A DNA stretch of 64,000 nt from Candidatus Moranbacteria bacterium GW2011_GWC2_40_12 (GTDB taxonomy: Bacteria; Patescibacteriota; Minisyncoccia; Moranbacterales; UBA11712), in contig LBYD01000003.1 of assembly GCA_000995965.1 (NCBI GenBank), positions 17,713 through 81,712 on the forward strand. Reading direction: 5' to 3'. A model generated the notes under the pieces. The model saw nothing but the letters and a program-made list of their open reading frames with translations. It made no database searches and was not told the DNA's origin. The translations under genes and the position numbers were made by a program. How positions within the stretch are numbered: position 1 is the stretch's first letter; every line of letters begins with the position of its first letter. Positions 57,283 to 64,000 of this stretch are shown here, piece by piece.

Positions 57283-57360
57283 ATGTAATTAGTAATTGGT
57301 AATTTGTAATTGGGATATTTGTTCTGATCCGAATTGCGAATTACTAATTGCAAATTACGA
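57283..57360. repeat. Inverted heptamer array, type B
   Basis: GTAATTA GTAATTG GTAATTT GTAATTG.. / ..GAATTGC GAATTAC TAATTGC AAATTAC. Confidence 0.85.
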
Positions 57361-58527
57361 AAAATTCTTGCCAAAGAATTTTTCTAACCGGTCAAACGCC
57401 AAGTTAATATCTTTTTCCGATCGCCCAAAACACATTCGAATGTGATTTTCTCCTCTGGGGCCAAAAGCGGAACCTGGCACCGTCGCAACTTTCGCTTTCT
57501 CCAATAATTCTATCGCAAACTGCCACGAACCGCCACCGGGAGCAATTTTTTGAATTATCTCCCTCTTTATCCTTGGAAAAACAAAATAGGCGCTGTCGGG
57601 TTTCTGGTATTCAAAAACGTGATTCATTTTATCCAGCCTTTTGCATGTAAGATCTCTTCTTTTTTGGAAATAGTTTTTGAACGTCTCAACATCTTCGTCC
57701 GCCATCTCGAGCGCCGCCTGGGCCGCGAACTGGGAAACGACCGGCGCGCAAGTGACCAGCGCGTCGTGGACTGCCAGAATTTTTTTGGCGAGATCCTGAT
57801 GCGTCGCGAGATACGCGATCCGCCAGCCGGTCATGGCGTAGGCTTTGGAAAAAGAAAAGATATAAACAAGCCGATCCCGGATGCCGCGCAGTTCAGCCAA
57901 GGAATATAATTTTCCTTCGCCATTGAAAATAAAATCCTTATAAACCTCATCGCTTAAAATATACAAATTATGCTTGATGGCCAACTGCGCCAGCGCGTGA
58001 AGCTGGTTACGCTTGAACATTGTCCCGGTCGGATTGTTGGGATTGCAAAAAAGAAAAGCTTTTGTCCGGGGGGTGATGAGTTTTTCAAATTCCTGGATAT
58101 CAAGCGCCCAATGTTTTTCTTCCGAGAGTGGGACGAAAACGGGAACTCCGCGGGCTACCTTGATCGCCGCCTGATACGAGGTATATGTCGGATCGGGAAT
58201 CAAGACTTCGTCCCCAGGCCCAAGAATCGCGAGCAGAGTTGCCGTGATAGCCTCAATTGATCCGGCCGTGGCAATGATTTCGGTTTCAAAATCAAAAAAT
58301 TTGTTTTCCCGTTCGAGATGCTGGGCAATTGTTTCCCTGAATTCGAGTGTTCCCGGCGCGAGTGAATATTTCGCCACCTTGCCTTTTTCGATCGCTTCAA
58401 TCGCCGCGTTTTTTATCGCATCCGGCGTGTCAAAAGACGGCACGCCCTGCGCCAGCGAAACAACTCCGGGGATGCGAGACGCCCGGAGTTCCATTTCCTT
58501 GATTGGGGAAAGATTTATACTAGACAT
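57355..58527 (-). CDS. PLP-dependent aminotransferase class I/II
   Basis: NPNNPTG, DEVY, SFSKAYAMTGWRI, PGSAFG. Confidence 0.95.
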   Translation of the reverse strand: MSSINLSPIKEMELRASRIPGVVSLAQGVPSFDTPDAIKNAAIEAIEKGKVAKYSLAPGTLEFRETIAQHLERENKFFDFETEIIATAGSIEAITATLLAILGPGDEVLIPDPTYTSYQAAIKVARGVPVFVPLSEEKHWALDIQEFEKLITPRTKAFLFCNPNNPTGTMFKRNQLHALAQLAIKHNLYILSDEVYKDFIFNGEGKLYSLAELRGIRDRLVYIFSFSKAYAMTGWRIAYLATHQDLAKKILAVHDALVTCAPVVSQFAAQAALEMADEDVETFKNYFQKRRDLTCKRLDKMNHVFEYQKPDSAYFVFPRIKREIIQKIAPGGGSWQFAIELLEKAKVATVPGSAFGPRGENHIRMCFGRSEKDINLAFDRLEKFFGKNFS

Positions 58528-58846
58528 TGAAGTTGGCTTTGAAGGGCTGGTGGTATTTGCTGTCTCTTCTTTTCACGATCCTTTCATCGACAAAATTTAT
58601 CCTTCTTTTCAAATATCTGACTATTTCTTCAAATCTCTCACCTTCTTCTGAACCCAAATCCTTCTGTCTCAATAATTCTTGATACTGCTTTACAAAATCT
58701 CTTAAAATATGAGAATCCATCACATTTCTTATAATTCGCTTGAATTCAGCAAATGTCACATTCCTGACATCAATTTCCGAAACATCTGCGCCATTATCGC
58801 TGTCGCTTGCTGATTTTTTTATCTTATGAAGGTCTTCAAGAGTCAT
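58520..58846 (-). CDS. Hypothetical protein
   Basis: 108 aa; fills the serS-aminotransferase gap with overlap. Confidence 0.65.
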   Translation of the reverse strand: MTLEDLHKIKKSASDSDNGADVSEIDVRNVTFAEFKRIIRNVMDSHILRDFVKQYQELLRQKDLGSEEGERFEEIVRYLKRRINFVDERIVKRRDSKYHQPFKANFNV

Positions 58847-58850
58847 AAAT

Positions 58851-60116
58851 TTATTTTCTTTTTATTGTCTCCAAATTCCCGGGCATATATTTGCGAAGAA
58901 TTTCCGGAATGACCACGCTGCCGTCTTTTTGCTGATAATTCTCGATAATTGCAATCAAAGCCCTTGATACCGCGATGGCGGTGCCGTTGAGCATGTGCAA
59001 AAATTCTTTTTTTCCGTCCGCGCGTTTCACCTTAATGTTCAGTCTTCGCGCTTGATAGCTCGTCGTGTCGGAAGTCGAGGTGACCTCCCCCCAATCGTTT
59101 CGACTAGTCATCCAGGCTTCGAGGTCGTATTTCCGGTAAGCCGGCCCGCCCAGATCCCCCGTGCAAATGTCCACCACCCGAAACGGAATACCCAAATTCT
59201 TGAATATTTCCACTTCTATATTTTTTAGTTCAGTATGCATGGATTCAGAATTTTCTGGAGTGGTATAGGCAAACATCTCCACCTTCGTAAACTGGTGCAC
59301 TCGGAAAAGTCCCGCGCTGTGCCGGCCATAAGAACCGGCTTCTGTGCGGAAACAGTGGGAAAGAGCCACGTATCTCAATGGCAATTTTTTTTCGTCTATC
59401 GCCTCATCCTTGTGATATCCTCCCATCGTAATTTCCGCCGTTCCGACCAGATTTAGATCCGTTTTTTCAACACTGTATATCTGTGACTCTTCCCCCCGAG
59501 GATTAAATCCTATTCCGAGCAAAATATCATCTTTGGCGAGATCCGGAGTAGAGAAAGGGATGAATCCTTCTTTCACGCACATATCAAGCGCATAATTCAC
59601 CAATGCCTGCTCCAAAAATACCGCTTCGTTTTTGAGAAAATAGAATTTCGCACCGGCAACTTTCGCCCCCCGCTCAAAATCAATGAGATCGAGATTTTTC
59701 ATCAATTCTTCGTGTCCCTTCGGCTCAAAATCAAACTTCGGCGGCTCGCCATACCTTTCAATCTCTTTGTTCCCGGTGTCGTCTTTCCCTGCTGGCGAAT
59801 CGGGATGCGACATATTCGGGATCCGAAGATAGATCTTTTTCCATTTCTTTTCGGCTTTTTCAAATTTTGGCTCCAATTCCGACAACTGGTCTTTGATCGC
59901 TTTTCCCTTGATGATTGCTTCATCTTTGCTTACCGCGGATTTCATTTCTTCATTCAGCCTGTTTTTCTCATTTTTCAGCTCTTCTATTTTTCGCATCAAA
60001 TCCTTGCGCTCATCATCCAATCGCAAAAAACTATCAATGCCGCATTTGATATTGCGCAATTTGCAATTCTTTTTCACAGCGTCCTTATTTTCCCGGATGA
60101 ATTTGATGTCGAGCAT
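58851..60116 (-). CDS. serS: Serine--tRNA ligase
   Basis: MLDIKFIREN, GTAE, CFRTEAG, RVHQFTKVE, LNGT. Confidence 0.97.
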   Translation of the reverse strand: MLDIKFIRENKDAVKKNCKLRNIKCGIDSFLRLDDERKDLMRKIEELKNEKNRLNEEMKSAVSKDEAIIKGKAIKDQLSELEPKFEKAEKKWKKIYLRIPNMSHPDSPAGKDDTGNKEIERYGEPPKFDFEPKGHEELMKNLDLIDFERGAKVAGAKFYFLKNEAVFLEQALVNYALDMCVKEGFIPFSTPDLAKDDILLGIGFNPRGEESQIYSVEKTDLNLVGTAEITMGGYHKDEAIDEKKLPLRYVALSHCFRTEAGSYGRHSAGLFRVHQFTKVEMFAYTTPENSESMHTELKNIEVEIFKNLGIPFRVVDICTGDLGGPAYRKYDLEAWMTSRNDWGEVTSTSDTTSYQARRLNIKVKRADGKKEFLHMLNGTAIAVSRALIAIIENYQQKDGSVVIPEILRKYMPGNLETIKRK

Positions 60117-60120
60117 GAAT

Positions 60121-60351
60121 TTATTTTTGTGAATTATTCTTCTCAAACATGACTTCGCCGATAGCTTTTAGCTCATTCTCGATATTTATCAGTTCTGCTG
60201 ACACTAAAGCACGCCTGGTTTGCAATTCTTCTTCCAGATTCGCTAATTGTTCTGCATCCAGATTATTTATTTTTTCGTTGATAAATCTCGATTTTTTGAG
60301 ATTATCCAGGGCATTCTCTTCTGTTTCGCGCGCTTTTTCCAGATTGTTCAT
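60121..60351 (-). CDS. Small coiled-coil hypothetical protein
   Basis: 76 aa; fills the lysS-serS gap. Confidence 0.6.
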   Translation of the reverse strand: MNNLEKARETEENALDNLKKSRFINEKINNLDAEQLANLEEELQTRRALVSAELINIENELKAIGEVMFEKNNSQK

Positions 60352-60364
60352 ATTTTTATGATTA

Positions 60365-61813
60365 TTATTTCTCTTTCATCGGAGGAAAAAGAACCGTTTC
60401 CCGCACCGATTTATTCATTAAAAAAGCAAACAGCCTTTCTGAAAAGCCGAAACCGAAGGCCGGCGGCATGCCATATTCGAGTGCTTCGACATAATCTTCG
60501 TCAAGCATTTGAGCTTCTTTGTCCCCCGCTTCGCGAAGCTTCATCTGCTCCTCGAATCGGGATCTTTGGTCAATCGGGTCATTCAGCTCCGAAAAGCCGT
60601 TACCGAGCTCTGAAGCGCAGGCGATGACCTGTAACCGCAAAACTTTTCGCGAATCTTTCGGATCTTTTTTGGCAAGAGGAGAGACTTCAACCGGATGGCC
60701 GACGAGAAAACAAGGTTCTATCAGCTTCGGCCGGACAATTTTCTTGAAAAGAAGATCCGTCATCCTGCCTTTACCAAAATTTGGATCGTATTTGATTTTC
60801 AGTTCATCCGCTTTTTTTTGCAGCTCCTTGATGTCAACATCTTTCGCAAGGTCAATTCCCGTTTCATTTTTAAACAACTTGAAATAATCCAGCTTCGGCC
60901 ATTTCGCGCCCCAATTTATTTTATTTCCTTCAAATTCAGTTTCCAGGCCTCCCGCGACACTCTTGATCAATGCCTTGAAGAGTTTTTCCACAAATCTCAT
61001 TCCGCCGCGAAGGTCCTGAAAGGCTTCGTATGTTTCCAGCATGTCATATTCCTGAAGATGCTCGCGATCAATCCCCTCGTTGCGAAAAACCCGCCCGATT
61101 TCAAATACTTTTTCATAGCCGCCGACCAAAAGTCTTTTCAGCCCCAGCTCAAGCGATATTCTCAAATAATAATCACGGTTGAGCGCATTGTGATGCGTCG
61201 CAAAGGGTTCTGCTTCTGCCCCGCCCGGTATGTTTTCAAATACGGGCGTCTGCACTTCAAGAAAACCGCTTTTCGAAAGAAATTTCCGGGCCGTTTGCCA
61301 AAAAATATTTTTTTTGCGAAATATTTCGCGCGTTTCCGGATTCATCATGAGATCAAGATAACGGCGGCGCAAAAGCTCTTCCGTATCCTTGAGACCAAAA
61401 TATTCGGTCGGCACGGGAGCAAGGCTTTTCGAAAGCATTTTCCAATCAGAAATCTGGAGAGTCATTTCGCCTGTTTTAGTTTTGAAAAGTTTTCCCCGCA
61501 CTTCAACAAAGTCTCCTAAATCAACATTATCGATGAAAAGTTTGTGTTTCCCGCCGCTCATATATTGCTCATTCAAAAATATCTGGATTTTCGCCGATTC
61601 GTCTTCAATATGGGCAAAAGCCGAACCGCCCATGGGACGAAGCGACCGGACTCTCCCGGTGAGGTTCAATTCCTTTTCCTGAAGAGCTTCGAATTTATCA
61701 AGGGCTTCCCGATTTTCCATCGAGCGCTTCGTTTTTTCCGGATACGTCTCCATTCCCGCTGAGCGCAGGTTCTCAAGTTTTTTGAGTTTTATTTCTTTGA
61801 TTTCATTCAACAT
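60365..61813 (-). CDS. lysS: Lysine--tRNA ligase (class II)
   Basis: OB fold, RRRYLDL, GGAEAEPF, FRNEG, YGMPP. Confidence 0.97.
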   Translation of the reverse strand: MLNEIKEIKLKKLENLRSAGMETYPEKTKRSMENREALDKFEALQEKELNLTGRVRSLRPMGGSAFAHIEDESAKIQIFLNEQYMSGGKHKLFIDNVDLGDFVEVRGKLFKTKTGEMTLQISDWKMLSKSLAPVPTEYFGLKDTEELLRRRYLDLMMNPETREIFRKKNIFWQTARKFLSKSGFLEVQTPVFENIPGGAEAEPFATHHNALNRDYYLRISLELGLKRLLVGGYEKVFEIGRVFRNEGIDREHLQEYDMLETYEAFQDLRGGMRFVEKLFKALIKSVAGGLETEFEGNKINWGAKWPKLDYFKLFKNETGIDLAKDVDIKELQKKADELKIKYDPNFGKGRMTDLLFKKIVRPKLIEPCFLVGHPVEVSPLAKKDPKDSRKVLRLQVIACASELGNGFSELNDPIDQRSRFEEQMKLREAGDKEAQMLDEDYVEALEYGMPPAFGFGFSERLFAFLMNKSVRETVLFPPMKEK

Positions 61814-61816
61814 ACA

Positions 61817-61925
61817 AATTGAATTGAGAATTTAGAATTGGGAATTGCGAATGGGAACAAAGAATCATGAATTCTGAATTCTATATTCCGGATTCCCGTT
61901 CCAAATTCAAAATTCGCAATTCAAA
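61817..61925. repeat. Inverted heptamer array, type C
   Basis: GAATTGA GAATTTA GAATTGG GAATTGC.. / ..ATTCAAA ATTCGCA ATTCAAA. Confidence 0.9.
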
Positions 61926-61962
61926 AATCTTCTTATAGTATACCTATTTACCAATAAAAAAC

Positions 61963-61988
61963 AAGGCTGGATATGTTTCCAGCCTTGT
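61963..61988 (-). terminator. Intrinsic terminator after greA
   Basis: ACAAGGCTGGA-ACATA-TCCAGCCTTGT type hairpin followed by a U-tract on the minus strand. Confidence 0.7.
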
Positions 61989-62007
61989 CCGCGATTATCC
62001 TAAAAAT

Positions 62008-62463
62008 CTATTTCACTTCAATAATTTTATACTCTTTTTCGCCGCTCGGGGTGCCGGCTTTCACCTTATCGCCGGCTTTTTTGCCCAAAAGCACTTTTCC
62101 GATCGGCGATTCGTTGGAAATTTTCCAGATCAGCGGATCGGCTTCGTTCGAGCCGACAATTTCGAAAATTTGTTCGTCCCCGTTGAATTTCACCTTCACT
62201 TTGGAGCCCATCTGAACCACATTGGATCCCTTTACAAAACTGGCCACTTCCGAGGTGCGGATTGTGTTTTCAAGCTCCATTATCCGCCTTTCGTTGTCGG
62301 CTTGCTGGCGTTTGGCTTCAGTGTATTCGGCGTTTTCAGAAAGATCCCCCTGTTCCTTGGCTTCTTTGATGGTGGCGGCGATTTTCTGCCTCATCTCGGT
62401 TTTTCGCATACCAAGCTCATCTTCCAGTTTTTTGAGACCCTCGGGCGTGAGAAATTTAGTCAT
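62008..62463 (-). CDS. greA: Transcription elongation factor GreA
   Basis: LT.EG, GDLSENAEY, ISNESPIG. Confidence 0.97.
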   Translation of the reverse strand: MTKFLTPEGLKKLEDELGMRKTEMRQKIAATIKEAKEQGDLSENAEYTEAKRQQADNERRIMELENTIRTSEVASFVKGSNVVQMGSKVKVKFNGDEQIFEIVGSNEADPLIWKISNESPIGKVLLGKKAGDKVKAGTPSGEKEYKIIEVK

Positions 62464-62569
62464 AAAAAAGGCTTAATTTAAAAGCACTCGCTCGCGAGCA
62501 CTGAAAACATATTGTATCGAACAGCCTGTATTATATATAAAAGAAAAATTATGTCAACCCAGTATATTG

Positions 62570-64000
62570 TTATTCTCCACTATTCCTTTCTCCAAAATAC
62601 CAGTCATAAACTTCTTTCGTCACCGGCACAGCCGTTGAGTGCCCTTCCCCTCCCCCTTCAACCAAAACTGCGATGGCAATTTCCGGATCATCATAGGGAG
62701 CAAAAGAAACGAACCAGCCGTGCGTTTTGTTCTCGCTTCCAAACTGGGCTGTTCCCGTTTTTCCGGCCACCTCAACCGGAAGTTCCTTGAGGGACTGGGC
62801 CGTTCCGGAAAGAATTGTTTGCCGCATGCCTTCTTTCACCACAGAAATATTGGAAGCCGATATGAATTTGCTATTCAGAGCTTCCGGGTCAATATTTTCT
62901 TTCGTCCCGTCATTTTTTTTGACGTAGCTTGCAAGATGGGGGCGATATACCGTTCCTCCATTCGCAATCGCCGCGATATAGTTCGCAAGCTGCAGCGGCG
63001 TTGCGGTATCAAAACCTTGTCCGATGGCAGAGTGATAGTCATCTCCCAAATACCAGCGCTCCCCGATTTTATTTTCTTTCCATGATTTGTCCGGCATAAG
63101 CCCGCTGCTTTCTCCGGGAATATCAATCCCCAATACTTTCCCTAGTCCGAAAAGGTTGGCATATTTTTTCATCCGGTCGATTCCAAGCGCCGGAATATTC
63201 TGCCATCCTCCTCCGATGGAGTAGAAAAAGACATCACAACTTTCTGCAATGGCTTTTCGGACATCGGTCGAGCCGCCGTGCGTTTTCCAGTCCGGAAAAT
63301 TATAACTGCCGATTCTGATGCCGCCCCCGCAATCAATTGATGTGTCGGAAGAAATTATTTTTTCTTGGAGCGCGGCCGCAGCTACCAGAGGCTTGAGAGT
63401 CGAACCCGGAGGGTATTCCCCGGAAATGGCGCGGTTGAACATCGGCTTTTCCTCATCATTCAGAAGCATATTATAATCCTCAGGTTTGATGCCCTGCGAA
63501 AAAAGGTTATTGTCAAACCCAGGAAGGCTCACCAGCGCCAAGACCTCGCCATTTTTGGGATTCACTGCGACCGCTGCCGCCGTTTTGGTTTCAGTTTGCG
63601 AGAACATATTCTGGAGGCTTTCCTCGATTTTTTCCTGAAGTCCCGCGTCCAGGCCCAAATACAAATCGTTTCCATTGATCGGATTTTCCGTTCCCAGATT
63701 TTTTTTGATGTTTCCAGCCGAATCAACTTCGACCTTCTGCTTGCCGTTTATTCCACGGAGATATTTTTCGTAGCTCTCCTCCAATCCCATCTTCCCTATA
63801 TAGTCAGTGAGCAGATAATCCGAATTACTTTCGAGTTCCCCGGGATTTATTTTTCCCGTGTATCCGATAACCGGGGAAAAGACGGCCCCGTTCTCATACT
63901 GCCTCACAGCCGTTTTTTCCAGCTGAAAGCCTTCGAAATCGCTCTTTTTCTCAGAGAATACGAGCGCTTCTTCTTCGCTAATATTGCTTTTCACGAGAAC
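62570..64000 (-). CDS. mrdA: Penicillin-binding protein 2 (MrdA), 5' end outside window
   Basis: NRAISGEYPPGSTLK, SCDVFFY, AIGQG, KTGTAQ. Confidence 0.9.
   Translation of the reverse strand, partial: VLVKSNISEEEALVFSEKKSDFEGFQLEKTAVRQYENGAVFSPVIGYTGKINPGELESNSDYLLTDYIGKMGLEESYEKYLRGINGKQKVEVDSAGNIKKNLGTENPINGNDLYLGLDAGLQEKIEESLQNMFSQTETKTAAAVAVNPKNGEVLALVSLPGFDNNLFSQGIKPEDYNMLLNDEEKPMFNRAISGEYPPGSTLKPLVAAAALQEKIISSDTSIDCGGGIRIGSYNFPDWKTHGGSTDVRKAIAESCDVFFYSIGGGWQNIPALGIDRMKKYANLFGLGKVLGIDIPGESSGLMPDKSWKENKIGERWYLGDDYHSAIGQGFDTATPLQLANYIAAIANGGTVYRPHLASYVKKNDGTKENIDPEALNSKFISASNISVVKEGMRQTILSGTAQSLKELPVEVAGKTGTAQFGSENKTHGWFVSFAPYDDPEIAIAVLVEGGGEGHSTAVPVTKEVYDWYFGERNSGE

Overview
This is a gene-dense chromosomal segment from a small-genome bacterium using genetic code 11. 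The gene set (DUF5663, VirD4/TraG-like ATPase, DUF763, GT39s, PsbP-like repeat protein, short UvrC) suggests Patescibacteria/CPR, probably Parcubacteria; that assignment is inference. Core genes include clpB (with a perfect CIRCE), pcm, malic enzyme, trxB/trxA, uppS, a polyprenyl synthase, mraZ-rsmH-ftsL-ftsI-murF, dnaX, guaB, uvrC/A/B, serS, lysS, greA, mrdA and three intact tRNAs. The most unusual signal is a pervasive layer of small palindromic DNA, seen in four forms. (i) Inverted heptamer arrays sit at many gene junctions, and one carries a four-helix-bundle gene in its loop. (ii) Palindromic elements are inserted in frame in rsmH, dnaX, uvrA, uvrB and uvrC. (iii) A 40-bp double-hairpin element sits at the same T-loop position of two different tRNA relics. 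(iv) An intact tRNA-Arg is nested inside the anticodon loop of a second tRNA-Arg, and a tRNA-Gln is flanked by tRNA look-alikes and a frameshifted GIY-YIG nuclease. Also notable are a cytidine-deaminase-like gene with UGA at the Zn-ligand Cys, an HtrA-like protein missing its whole catalytic triad, two sRNA candidates and several unannotated small ORFs. All calls come from reading motifs by eye, with no database searches run, and repeat boundaries are approximate.
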